From positions 128-64,127 of the forward strand of contig SVGX01000003.1 in NCBI GenBank assembly GCA_015056105.1: DNA of 64,000 nucleotides, in the 5' to 3' direction. Positions 36,922 through 46,923 of the stretch are shown here, piece after piece (position 1 is the stretch's first letter; each line of letters opens with the position of its first letter). The DNA comes from Clostridiales bacterium. GTDB taxonomy: Bacteria > Bacillota > Clostridia > Christensenellales > CAG-138. The notes under the pieces are model-generated. The model saw only the letters and a program-made list of their open reading frames with translations, had not been told where the DNA came from and made no database searches. The position numbers and the translations under genes were made by a program.

Positions 36922-38532
36922 ATGAAAAAAATCGTTGCCGCAAGTATCGTCCTCTGCCTTCTTCTTTGCCCGTTAACCGCTCTTGCCGCCGCCCTTACCG
37001 GCGTGAACATCAGCCAGACGGCACAGGCGGAGGATGCGCTTTATGTGTTCTTCGATGTGACCGATGAAACCGGCGCGCCCATTGCGGGCATCGGCGCGGA
37101 GGATGTGAGCATCTCCCTCGGCGGCCGGGATTTCGCGTCCAAAGTCGGCACGGTGGGCGGCAGCGGCCTTGGCGTGGGCTATGTGTTCGCGGTGGATATC
37201 TCCCGCTCGCTGAATGAAAAGCAGTTTGCCTATGTGCGCGAAGCCATCGGTGCGTGGATCGGCGCCATGGGCGAAAAGGATATGGCATCCATCCTCACCT
37301 TCGGGGATGAGATCACCATGCTCACCGATTTTACCGCCGATACCGATGCGCTTCTTTCCACCGTGGAGGGGATCTCCCCCACCGACGGCACAACGCAGCT
37401 GTATAACGGCATCATCCGCGCGCTGGATGTGGCAAAGCGCCAGAGTGCGGAGCTGCCTCTTCGCCGGGTGCTCGTCATCCTTTCCGACGGTATGGATGAC
37501 TATCCCGCCGGTGCCACCATGGCGGAGGTGACCGCCAAAGCGGAAGATGCGGGTGTTCCCATCTATGCGGTGGGCGTAAAGGGAAAAAACAACCAGAGCG
37601 AGCTCAACGAGCTTGGCAGCGTGGCAAGGCTTTCCGGCGGCGAGCTGTACCTGACGGAGCAGGACCAGCTGCGGGGTGGTTATGAGACCGTGTTTGACCG
37701 CATCCTGAACGGCTATGTGGCGGCTGTCGCCCTTGATGGCGCCGCAGCCGACGGCAGCGAGCAGGGGCTCATCCTTTCCGTGAAGCAGGGCAGCGTGTTT
37801 GTGGAGGATGGCGTGGATGTGCGTCTGAAGGCAGTGGCGGCAGCCACCGCAGCGCCGACGGAAGCGCCGGCAAATACTCCCGCGCCCACAAAGACGCCTG
37901 CGGCGATACCCACGACCGCGCCTTCGGCCCAAACGCCCAAGGCAAAGGGCGGCATGGCGCTGCCTGTTATTATTGCCGTTGCTGCGGCAGCGGCGGCAGG
38001 CATCGTGGTGCTCATCCTTTCCGCCAAAAAGCGCGGGGCGAAAAAGGCGGAGCAGGAGAAGCTGGAGGAGATCCGCCGCCGGCAGAAGCTGGATGAGCTG
38101 ATCGATGTGAAGGCGCCAAGGTCCGGCGGCAGCGCAACGGGTGTCCTTACGGACCGCACCGTGGCCCTTGATGATGAAAAGACCGTATCGCTGGGCGGCC
38201 CGCGGCAGCGGCGGCTCATGCTTTCCCTGGAGGATACGCGCAGCGGCGGCGAGCGCCGCTACACAGCGCCCATCGGCCGGGAACTGACGGTGGGCAGAAA
38301 GGCCGGCGAGGTGGATATCGAGATCCGTGACCGCTCCGTCAGCGGGCGGCACTGCGCCTTTGCGCTCAGAAATGAGCGGCTCTTCCTTTGGGATCTTAAT
38401 TCCACCAACGGCACTTATCTGATGACGCCGAAAGGAAAACAGCGCATCGGCGGCGAGGGCGCCCCGGTGAAAAACGGCGATGTGATCCTGCTTGGCGAAA
38501 CGGAGCTGGCGATTATCGTTTACGAGGATTGA
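36922..38532 (+). CDS. bitopic membrane protein: extracellular vWA domain (intact MIDAS), TM helix, cytoplasmic FHA domain
   Basis: Signal peptide; VFAVDISRS (DxSxS), GTTQLY and LSDGMDD for vWA; a P/T/A-rich linker; TM ALPVIIAVAAAAAAGIVVLIL. The FHA reads LTVGRKAGEVDIEIRDRSVSGRHCAF...DLNSTNGTYL, with the canonical GR, SxxH and NG residues. Confidence 0.8.
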   Translation: MKKIVAASIVLCLLLCPLTALAAALTGVNISQTAQAEDALYVFFDVTDETGAPIAGIGAEDVSISLGGRDFASKVGTVGGSGLGVGYVFAVDISRSLNEKQFAYVREAIGAWIGAMGEKDMASILTFGDEITMLTDFTADTDALLSTVEGISPTDGTTQLYNGIIRALDVAKRQSAELPLRRVLVILSDGMDDYPAGATMAEVTAKAEDAGVPIYAVGVKGKNNQSELNELGSVARLSGGELYLTEQDQLRGGYETVFDRILNGYVAAVALDGAAADGSEQGLILSVKQGSVFVEDGVDVRLKAVAAATAAPTEAPANTPAPTKTPAAIPTTAPSAQTPKAKGGMALPVIIAVAAAAAAGIVVLILSAKKRGAKKAEQEKLEEIRRRQKLDELIDVKAPRSGGSATGVLTDRTVALDDEKTVSLGGPRQRRLMLSLEDTRSGGERRYTAPIGRELTVGRKAGEVDIEIRDRSVSGRHCAFALRNERLFLWDLNSTNGTYLMTPKGKQRIGGEGAPVKNGDVILLGETELAIIVYED

Positions 38533-38601
38533 TGCGCCTGTGCCTGAAAGGCAATGCGCAGGAACATAACGATGCAATACCATTCTTTAGGAGGATGATC
38601 C

Positions 38602-41600
38602 ATGCGGTTTGTGATCATGGCCTATGCAAACGGCGCGTATGAGGAGTTTCGTTTGCCCGCGCTGAACGATGCGGATCATGAAATCCTGCTTTCTGCGGTG
38701 CGCTTTGGTTTGAAAAAAGACATTGCCCTGCGCTTTGAGGTGCTTTCCGGGGAGTGGAAAGTGCTTGGCGGCAAGGGCTATGCCCTGTTTGACCGGCAGG
38801 AGCAAAAGGAACAGCTGCCCCTTGCGGACGAGCTGACCTTCGGCGTCATCAGCGGTGCGGATCATGTGACGCTGATCGTGACCGGCGAGGCGGAAAGTCT
38901 GCCCTGCTTCCAGAAAATCGATATCTCCCGCCTGCGGGAGCTCACGGTGGGAAAACAGGAGGGCTGCCATATCCGCTATGATTTCCGTGGCCTTGTGAGC
39001 AAGCGCCATGCGGTGCTGGCAAGGGAGGCGGATGGTTCCATGCGCCTTACGGACCAAAGCACCAACGGCGTGTATGTGAACGGACAGCGGATACAGGGGG
39101 CAAGGCGCCTTGCTTTTGGCGATGTGATCAACATCCTCGGCCTGAAGCTCGTCTTCCTTGGCGATGCCCTCGGCGTGTATGCCCTTGGCAGGCAAGTGGA
39201 GATCGATCCGCGCATCCATATGCCCTATGTGCTGCCCCAAAGCGGCGAAAAGCAGCCCCCGGCGGAGGAGAGCCGCTTCAAGCGCGCCCCCCGCGCGGTG
39301 GAGGAGCTGCACCGGGAGCCGGTGGAGATCGAAGCGCCGCCGCCGCCCAACAAGCCGAAAAAGCAGCCGCTGCTGCTGACCATCGGCCCTGCCTTTACTA
39401 TGATGATCCCCATGCTGCTCGGTTCCGGCATGGCGATCTTCAGCGCCGGTGCCACCGGTATGGGAAGAAGTCCCTTCATGTTCACCGGCATTATCACGGC
39501 GGTATCCTCCGCTGCCATCGGCGTGATGTGGGCGCTCATCAACATGCGCCATGCGAAAAAGCAGCTTCGGGAGGATGAACTGCACCGCTTCAATGCTTAC
39601 CGGGATTATCTTGTCAGGATCGCGGATGAACTTAACGAGCAGTATCGGGATAACGCAAAGACCCTTAATGACCGCTATCCCTCCGCGGAGGCCTGTCTTC
39701 GTTACGGGGCGGATCCCACAAGGCTCTGGAACCGTAACTTTACCCATGATGACCTTCTTTTTGTGCGCCTTGGCATGGGCAGCATGCCCTTCCAGGTTCC
39801 CATCGGCATCCCTAAGGAGCGCTTTACGCTGGTGGATGATTCCCTTTCCGAAAAACCGAAGCAGATCTTTGATAGTTTCAGCACCCTGAGGGATGTGCCC
39901 GTGGGGGTGGACCTTGGGGCCGATCCCCTCTGGGGCATTTACGGCGGCGGCAGCATGGCGGAGGGCATCTCCGTGGCCCGCAGCATGGCTGTGCAGCTTG
40001 CGGCCAATACCTGCTATACGGATGTGAAGCTCGTCTTCCTTTACGAGAAGCAGTATGAGCGGGAATTTGCATTTGCAAAGTGGCTTCCCCATGTCTGGTC
40101 GGAGGATAAGAAGGTCAGGTATGTGGCTTCCGATAAAAACGAAGTCAGCGATGTGCTCTATGCCCTCGGCAGCACCCTCCGCATCCGTGCAGAGCAGGAA
40201 AACAGGCGCGGCGCCGCCCGCCCGCACTATGTGGTCTTTGTGTGCGACCCCGATCTTCTTGAAGGGGAACCGGCGGCAAAATATCTTCTTGAACCTGTGG
40301 AGGGGCTGGGCGTATCCACGGTGCTCATCGCGCCGGGCTATGAAGCGCTGCCCAACAGCTGCACCAACCTCATCGAACGGGATAAGCATTTTTGCGGTTT
40401 CTACGATGTGAGCACCGTGGAATCGAAAAAACGCGCCGTTGCCTTTGATGATGTAAGCGCCTTTGAGGCGGAGCGCTTTGCCCGCTGGCTTTCCGGCATT
40501 CGGGTAAAGGAGCTTGAGAGCGGCGGCGAGCTGGCGGATGCCGTTACCTTCTTCGATCTGTACGGCGTGCAGTCGTTGGCGGAGTTTGGCGTCATCGACC
40601 GTTGGCGCAAAAACAGAACTTATGAAAACATGCGCGCGCTGGTGGGCCAAAAGGCCGGCGGTGCCGATCTGTACCTTGATATCCACGAAAAATACCACGG
40701 ACCCCACGGCCTTGTGGCGGGCACCACGGGCAGCGGCAAAAGCGAAACGCTGCAGACCTATATGCTCTCCCTTGCCCTCAATTTCAGTCCGCTGGATGTG
40801 GGCTTCTTCGTCATCGACTACAAGGGCGGCGGCATGGCCAACCTGTTTTCCGACCTGCCTCACATGCTCGGGCAGATCTCCAACCTTTCCGGTAACCAGG
40901 TGCGCCGCGCCATGGTCAGCATCAAGAGCGAGATCAAGCGCCGCCAGCGCATTTTCGGCGAGTATGATGTGAACCATCTCGATCAGTATACGCGGCTGCT
41001 CAAAAACGGCGAAGCCGCCGTGCCGATCCCGCACATGGTCATTGTGATCGATGAGTTTGCGGAGCTCAAACGGGAAGAACCCGACTTTATGCGGGAACTG
41101 ATCAGCGTGGCGCAGGTGGGCCGAAGCCTGGGCATCCACCTGATCCTTGCCACCCAGAAGCCTGCCGGCACCGTGGATGACAACATCTGGAGCAACTCAA
41201 AATTCAAGCTCTGCCTCCGGGTACAGGATAAGCAGGACAGCATGGATATGCTCAAAAAGCCGGACGCTGCCTATATCACCCGGGCGGGCCGCTGCTACCT
41301 GCAGGTGGGCAACGATGAGATTTTCGAGCTTTTCCAGTCCGGCTGGAGCGGCGCGGCCTATGATGAGGATATGGCTGCCGCCAAGGCGGAAGTTGCCACC
41401 ATGCTTTCCAAAACGGGCCAGCCCAGCCTTGTAGGCAACCGCAGCAAGCTAAAATGGAAGGAGCAGAAGCGCCTCGGTTGGTTCAGCGAGATCTACGATT
41501 GCATCCTTGCCGCCGCCAAAGCGGAGAATAAGTCCCTTGATGCCATCCTTAAGGATGCACACGATAAGGATGCGGCGGTGGAAGCGGTGTTTGCCATGCT

Positions 41601-43566
41601 GGCCAATAAGGGGTATGAATACCCCGTCAGCCGGTATAACGCCAAGCGGCTGGAGGATTTCATGCTGCTGGCCGCCAAGGCGCAGGGCGTTGGTGATAAG
41701 GCAAAAACCCTTGATATCATCCGCAAAACCGCAGCCCTTGGCGGAATCAAACTGCCGGAGCTGAAGGAAAAGACCCAGCTTGCGGCGGTGGTGGAATACC
41801 TGAAGGAGCAGGCGGAAAAAAGCGGCATGAAGGCGGATCTGACGCTGTGGTTGCCGGTGCTGCCGGCGCGGCTGCACCTTGCGGAGCTTCAGGGCTTTGC
41901 GGGCGGTGCCTTCCGCAATGGCTGGCAGCCTGTTCTGCCCGGCCGCGAGTGGGAGCTGCGAGCCCCCGTGGGCCTTTGTGATGACCCGGTGAACCAGGCG
42001 CAGACGCCGGTGGAGGTGAACTTTGCGACCGATGGCCACATCGCCGTGTGCGGCATGGTGGTGAGCGGCAAAAGCACCTTCCTGCAGACGCTGCTCTACT
42101 CGCTGGCAAACCGCTATTCGCCGGAATATGTCAACTTCTATATCCTTGATTACAGCAGCAGGATGCTCGGCTGCTTCAAGGATCTCAAGCATTGCGGCGG
42201 CGTGGTCTTTGAAGACCGGAGCGACCGTACCGGCAAGCTCTTCGCCATGCTCAAAAAGGAGCTGGAACGCCGCAAAAAGCGCTTTGAGGGCGGCAACTAC
42301 GCCCAGTATGTGCGTGCCAACGGCCCCGTGGAGCCGGCGCTGCTGCTTGTGATCGACGGCTTTGCCAACTTTAAGGAAAAAACCGATAACCGCTATGAAG
42401 ATATGCTCATCGAGCTTTCCCGCGAGGGTGCCAATTACGGCATCTTCCTCGTGCTGTCGGCGGGCGGCTTTGGCGCGGCGGAGATCCAGAACCGCATCGG
42501 CGAAAACATCAAGACCGTGTTTGCGCTGCAGCTTGGCGACAGGCTCAAATACAGCGATACGCTGCGCCAGCGGGTGGATGTGATGCCGGAGGCGGATACC
42601 CTTGGCCGCGGCCTTGCGCTGGTGCAGGGAACGCCCCTTGAATTCCAGACCGCCCTTGCCCTTCCCGCAGAGGATGATTACGAACGGGCGGAGAAGATGG
42701 CGGCGGTGTTCGCGCGGATGAACGAAGCGTATCCGGGCAGGGGCGCAAAGCCCATCCCGGAGATCCCGGAAAAGCCCACTTTTGCTCTCCTGCGGGAAAA
42801 TGAGGGCTACAAAGTGCTGCTTGAAACGCCGGACCGCCTGCCCCTCGGCTACGTGGCGGCGGATGCGGATATTGCCGGCATCGATCTCAAACAATGCTTT
42901 ACGTACCTTGTGGCGGGGCAGGGCCGCACCGGCAAGAGCAATGCCCTTGCCTGCCTGATGCAGGCCGCCCATGACCGGGGCGGCAGCATCGCCGTGATCG
43001 ACAGCCGCAAAGGCGAGCTTGCCGCCATGGCGAAGGAGCTTGGCGCGCGCTATGTTTCCACCGAGGAAGAGCTTGCCGCCTTTGCGGGCGAGCTGTTTGA
43101 GCAGATGCGCGAGCGCAACAGCCTGAAGCGGGCGCTGCGGGCAAAGGGCGCGTCGGATGAGGAGATCTATGCGGCGATGCTCCAGTATCCCGCCTGCTAT
43201 CTCTTCATCGATGACATGGCGGAGCTGACGGAAACGCTGTATTCCGGCTCTGCGCAGATGCAGAACATCATCGGCTTTATGGAGAATTTCTTCGATAAGG
43301 GCGCGCTGCATAACATGTATGTGTTCGGCGCCGTGCCGCTTTCCGGCTACAGCATGGCCCTTGGCTACCGGGCTTTCCGCCTTGCGGCGGAACGGAAGAC
43401 CGGCCTGCTGCTTGGCGGCGATGCGGCGCGCCAGCAGCTGTTCGATCTTTCCGCGCTGCCCTATTCCGAGCAGACGAAGAAGTTCAGGCCGGGCATCGCG
43501 CTGCTGCCGCAGGACCATGAGCGGGAGCGGCCCGAAAAGATCGTGCTGCCCATTGCAAGAGGATGA
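38602..43566 (+). CDS. essC: type VII secretion FtsK/SpoIIIE-family ATPase EssC (YukB-like)
   Basis: 1654 aa. N-terminal FHA-like modules (LTVGKQEGCHIRYDFRGLVSKRHAVL...STNGVYVNG), 2 TM helices and three P-loop domains: GTTGSGKSE with VIVIDEFAEL, GMVVSGKST, and GQGRTGKSN with LFIDDMAEL. Confidence 0.9.
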   Translation: MRFVIMAYANGAYEEFRLPALNDADHEILLSAVRFGLKKDIALRFEVLSGEWKVLGGKGYALFDRQEQKEQLPLADELTFGVISGADHVTLIVTGEAESLPCFQKIDISRLRELTVGKQEGCHIRYDFRGLVSKRHAVLAREADGSMRLTDQSTNGVYVNGQRIQGARRLAFGDVINILGLKLVFLGDALGVYALGRQVEIDPRIHMPYVLPQSGEKQPPAEESRFKRAPRAVEELHREPVEIEAPPPPNKPKKQPLLLTIGPAFTMMIPMLLGSGMAIFSAGATGMGRSPFMFTGIITAVSSAAIGVMWALINMRHAKKQLREDELHRFNAYRDYLVRIADELNEQYRDNAKTLNDRYPSAEACLRYGADPTRLWNRNFTHDDLLFVRLGMGSMPFQVPIGIPKERFTLVDDSLSEKPKQIFDSFSTLRDVPVGVDLGADPLWGIYGGGSMAEGISVARSMAVQLAANTCYTDVKLVFLYEKQYEREFAFAKWLPHVWSEDKKVRYVASDKNEVSDVLYALGSTLRIRAEQENRRGAARPHYVVFVCDPDLLEGEPAAKYLLEPVEGLGVSTVLIAPGYEALPNSCTNLIERDKHFCGFYDVSTVESKKRAVAFDDVSAFEAERFARWLSGIRVKELESGGELADAVTFFDLYGVQSLAEFGVIDRWRKNRTYENMRALVGQKAGGADLYLDIHEKYHGPHGLVAGTTGSGKSETLQTYMLSLALNFSPLDVGFFVIDYKGGGMANLFSDLPHMLGQISNLSGNQVRRAMVSIKSEIKRRQRIFGEYDVNHLDQYTRLLKNGEAAVPIPHMVIVIDEFAELKREEPDFMRELISVAQVGRSLGIHLILATQKPAGTVDDNIWSNSKFKLCLRVQDKQDSMDMLKKPDAAYITRAGRCYLQVGNDEIFELFQSGWSGAAYDEDMAAAKAEVATMLSKTGQPSLVGNRSKLKWKEQKRLGWFSEIYDCILAAAKAENKSLDAILKDAHDKDAAVEAVFAMLANKGYEYPVSRYNAKRLEDFMLLAAKAQGVGDKAKTLDIIRKTAALGGIKLPELKEKTQLAAVVEYLKEQAEKSGMKADLTLWLPVLPARLHLAELQGFAGGAFRNGWQPVLPGREWELRAPVGLCDDPVNQAQTPVEVNFATDGHIAVCGMVVSGKSTFLQTLLYSLANRYSPEYVNFYILDYSSRMLGCFKDLKHCGGVVFEDRSDRTGKLFAMLKKELERRKKRFEGGNYAQYVRANGPVEPALLLVIDGFANFKEKTDNRYEDMLIELSREGANYGIFLVLSAGGFGAAEIQNRIGENIKTVFALQLGDRLKYSDTLRQRVDVMPEADTLGRGLALVQGTPLEFQTALALPAEDDYERAEKMAAVFARMNEAYPGRGAKPIPEIPEKPTFALLRENEGYKVLLETPDRLPLGYVAADADIAGIDLKQCFTYLVAGQGRTGKSNALACLMQAAHDRGGSIAVIDSRKGELAAMAKELGARYVSTEEELAAFAGELFEQMRERNSLKRALRAKGASDEEIYAAMLQYPACYLFIDDMAELTETLYSGSAQMQNIIGFMENFFDKGALHNMYVFGAVPLSGYSMALGYRAFRLAAERKTGLLLGGDAARQQLFDLSALPYSEQTKKFRPGIALLPQDHERERPEKIVLPIARG

Positions 43567-46196
43567 AAAAACATGATGCGGCGCCTTTACAGGCGCCGCA
43601 GCGGAGGATCACTGTGACAAAGCGTTATATCGCCGCCGCTTTGGCGGCATGCATGCTGCTGCTTGCGGGCTGCAGGAAGGGGCCGGAGCCGGCAGAGAAC
43701 CCATTCGATGCGGCAGCGGAGCTTGGCAAGGCCGAGCAGCTGTTTCTCGAAGGAAACTATGAAGAGGTGATCCTCACCCTTGAAACGGTGCTGGAGATCG
43801 AGCCTGCAAACGTGCAGGGTTATCTGCGCCTTTCGGACGCCTATCTGCTCCGCGGCGACAGGGAAAAAGCGCTGCAGCTTCTGCAAAAGGGCTTTGAATT
43901 AACGGGAGATGAGCAGATCGCCCAGCGCATCAAGGGCATGACGGAAGCGATCGAAGGCATTGTGCAGGTTTCCGGCGGCGATGAGGCATCAGCGCGGCAT
44001 ACGCTTCTTCTTAACGATAAGGGAGAGGTTTTCTTCATCGGCAATATGCAGCAGCGTGTCGGCGGCATCACCTATGATAACTTTGCCATGACGCCGAAAA
44101 AGATAGAGGGCCTGAGCAACATCCGCCGGGTCTTTGCGGGCAACCGCGGCTTCTTTGTGGGCAACTATGTGGATCTTGCCATCACCGAAAACGATGAGCT
44201 TTATATCTGGGGCCTTGATGCGGACAGGTTTTTTTCCGCCGATGACCACAACGGCAGCAAGCCTGCCCGGCTGATGGGGGATGTAAAGGATGCCTTCGTG
44301 GCGGATCACAACATTTATGTGATCAAAAACAGCGGCGAGCTTGTGGCCTTCGGCACAAACCATGACGGCCAGAAGGGCACCGGCAGCGCATATACGGAAG
44401 AGTTTTACGACCAGCAATGGATGCACGATTATGAGGAGTATCTGCGTGCCGCGCATGTGATGGACGGCGTTCAGAAAGTAAAGGCGGGCTTTGGGCGTTT
44501 TCAGGATGAACTTCTTGGCGATTCGGAAGGTTACTTCGCCTTTGCCCTTGATGAAGCAAACACCCTTTACGGCTGGGGTACCTTCGGCATTCGCGATGAG
44601 GGCGGCCGCATCGTAAAATGCTGCCTCAACGAGCCCACGGTGCTTGCAAGCGATGTGAAGGATATGGATGCCACCGGAAGCGATCTTTATATCGTGACCG
44701 CGGAGGGCAAACTGCAGAAAACGGAGCTTGAAGCCATCGGCAGGGATGGCCCCCTGTGGCAGGATATTGAGACCGGCACCGTGCCCATGGAAAAGGTATC
44801 CTGCGGCACTGCCCATTTTGTGGCGATGGATGCCCTCGGCGTGGTCTATACCGGCGGCGAAAACACGCTGGGCCAGCTTGGCGTGCCGGCAGAGACCACC
44901 GTGATGACCTATGAAGGCGAAAGCCTGAAGCCCCTTGGGGAAACGCGCTTTCTTGATGCGGTGGCATCGGATGAAAGCAGCTATGCCATCGATGGGAACG
45001 GCATGCTCCACTCCTGGGGCAACAACGATTGCGGGCAGCTTGGCAACGGCCGCAGGGGTCTGCAGAAAAATGCGGCCGAACCCACATTTTTGATGAGCGG
45101 CGTGAAAAGCACGCACGCCTACGGCGCGCGGGAAGTCTTTATCCTGATGGAAAACGGCGATCTCTATATTGCCGGCAGCGGCCATGTTGTGGAAAAGGTC
45201 ACCGGCGGCATGACGGAGGAAGCCTTTACCCCCGTTAAGATCATGGAGCAGGTCGCCATGGTGGAGCCGCAGGACGGCGGCGTGGTAAAAACCGACAACA
45301 CCCTTTGGCTTCCTACGGAAACCGGCTATGAAATGACCATGGAGGATGTGATCTTCTACACATCTTCCGATGAAAACAGCTTTGTGATCCGCGGCGACAA
45401 CAGCCTTTGGGGCTGGGGTAAAAACTATGGCGGGCAGCTGGGCCTTGGCTGGTACAACGATGTGGGCGCGGTGGAGGACAACTCCGTTTCGGAGCCCACG
45501 CACATCATGGACAACGTTGCCTCGGTATCGCTGATGTACAACGGCCCCTCCTCTATCGTGCAGGGCGGCGCCACCTTTATCCTCACGCTGGATGGTGCGC
45601 TGTACCATTGCGGCTACAGGGGGAACGCCACCATGTCAACGCCGGAAAATTACTGGGAACTTCCGACGGAAGCCATGTTTGCCCTTACACCGGAAAAGCT
45701 GGATGAGGATGTTGCCTATGTGTTCGGCTTCCGCGGTACCGATAAGATGTTTTATGTGAAGGAAAACGGCGAGCTCATCAGCTGGTCGGATTATACGGGC
45801 GGCATCTTCTATGACAGCGGGGCGCAAGATTATATGGAGAATGAGCACCGCAGCAGCATCCGCAGCAATGTCGCCATGGCGCAGGAGAGCATCCTTGTTG
45901 ACAGGGACGGAAAATGCTATATCTTCGGCGGACAGGTGATGGTAGGGTTCCTCGGCCTTGATGAAACGAAGTGGAAAGAAAAGGCAGCGGAATACGGCGA
46001 GGGCAAGCTCATCTGCCAGCTGATGCTGGAGGATGTGAAAGCTGTGGCCACATCCTGGGGCGGCGATGATGAAAGCTATTATGCCGTCAAAACCAACGGC
46101 GATCTTTATGTTTGGGGCAACAATATTTACGGCCAGCTGGGCCTTGGCGAAGCGGGCATCACCGAAAATATCTTTGCGGTGGCGCTCCCCGAATAA
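43563..46196 (+). CDS. lipoprotein with N-terminal TPR repeats and RCC1-type beta-propeller repeats
   Basis: ATGA overlap with the essC stop. Lipobox LLLAGC. TPR (EGNYEEVILTLETVLEIEPANVQGYLRLSDAYLLRGD). RCC1 signatures WGNNDCGQLGNG, WGWGKNYGGQLGLG, VWGNNIYGQLGLG and GENTLGQLG. Confidence 0.8.
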   Translation: MKKHDAAPLQAPQRRITVTKRYIAAALAACMLLLAGCRKGPEPAENPFDAAAELGKAEQLFLEGNYEEVILTLETVLEIEPANVQGYLRLSDAYLLRGDREKALQLLQKGFELTGDEQIAQRIKGMTEAIEGIVQVSGGDEASARHTLLLNDKGEVFFIGNMQQRVGGITYDNFAMTPKKIEGLSNIRRVFAGNRGFFVGNYVDLAITENDELYIWGLDADRFFSADDHNGSKPARLMGDVKDAFVADHNIYVIKNSGELVAFGTNHDGQKGTGSAYTEEFYDQQWMHDYEEYLRAAHVMDGVQKVKAGFGRFQDELLGDSEGYFAFALDEANTLYGWGTFGIRDEGGRIVKCCLNEPTVLASDVKDMDATGSDLYIVTAEGKLQKTELEAIGRDGPLWQDIETGTVPMEKVSCGTAHFVAMDALGVVYTGGENTLGQLGVPAETTVMTYEGESLKPLGETRFLDAVASDESSYAIDGNGMLHSWGNNDCGQLGNGRRGLQKNAAEPTFLMSGVKSTHAYGAREVFILMENGDLYIAGSGHVVEKVTGGMTEEAFTPVKIMEQVAMVEPQDGGVVKTDNTLWLPTETGYEMTMEDVIFYTSSDENSFVIRGDNSLWGWGKNYGGQLGLGWYNDVGAVEDNSVSEPTHIMDNVASVSLMYNGPSSIVQGGATFILTLDGALYHCGYRGNATMSTPENYWELPTEAMFALTPEKLDEDVAYVFGFRGTDKMFYVKENGELISWSDYTGGIFYDSGAQDYMENEHRSSIRSNVAMAQESILVDRDGKCYIFGGQVMVGFLGLDETKWKEKAAEYGEGKLICQLMLEDVKAVATSWGGDDESYYAVKTNGDLYVWGNNIYGQLGLGEAGITENIFAVALPE

Positions 46197-46217
46197 AAGA
46201 AAGAGAGGAAATGCGTT

Positions 46218-46466
46218 ATGATCATGGTGGATGTGCAGGTGCCGGCGCTGGATGCGTCCTATGATTTTTCCCTTTCGGAGCATGTGCGGGTCAGCGAGCT
46301 CATTGAGGAGATCGCCGAGATGATCTGCCAGCGGGAGAGGCTTCTTGCCCCGCGGGATATGGAAGGCTTCGCCCTTTGCGCCCCCGGCACGGGAGCTGTT
46401 CTGCCCAAGGGGCTCACCCTTTCCGAGTGCGGCGTGACAACGGGCAGCAAGCTGATGCTGCTTTAA
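46218..46466 (+). CDS. esaB: YukD/EsaB-like ubiquitin-fold T7SS protein
   Basis: 82 aa. VDVQVPALDASYDFSLSEHVRVSELIEEI...LSECGVTTGSKLMLL fits the EsaB/YukD pattern in size, beta-grasp periodicity and context. Confidence 0.7.
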   Translation: MIMVDVQVPALDASYDFSLSEHVRVSELIEEIAEMICQRERLLAPRDMEGFALCAPGTGAVLPKGLTLSECGVTTGSKLMLL

Positions 46467-46569
46467 TCCACTGCCGGCGAAAAAAGTTTATTCGTTTTAT
46501 TCGAATGATACCGACAAAATATATACATTTTAACGGAAGCAGGATATAATTTCCTTATGAGGTGCATCA

Positions 46570-46863
46570 ATGGATGTTTTTTTCTCGGCACATACCGGCG
46601 GTTTGCTGCAGGCGCAGGCGGAGTATGCCCGCTGCAGCGGCGTGCTGAGCGAAAAACTGCAGGAAGTTGAGCTTCTGAGCCGTCGCCTTGTCCCGATGAG
46701 GGGGCTGGAGGACTGCGCTGCGCAGCTGATCAAAAGCAAGGCGCAGCTGGAGGAAGCGCTTTTTACCCTTGGGCGGCTGCATGCCGTGCTGGAGGATGCG
46801 CTTACATCCTACCACGCCGCGGAGCGCAGCATCCAAGCGCGTTGCACCGATGGGGAAAGATGA
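46570..46863 (+). CDS. small helical-hairpin protein without WxG (T7SS-associated candidate)
   Basis: 97 aa with GAGGTG RBS, predicted all-helical with heptad-like pattern, and a C-proximal SYHAAE motif shared with neighbours. Confidence 0.55.
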   Translation: MDVFFSAHTGGLLQAQAEYARCSGVLSEKLQEVELLSRRLVPMRGLEDCAAQLIKSKAQLEEALFTLGRLHAVLEDALTSYHAAERSIQARCTDGER

Positions 46864-46923
46864 ACCGGTGGCGCAGCAAATGCGGCAGACACACAGGGAA
46901 CCAAGCAAAAAAGGAGAGAATCG

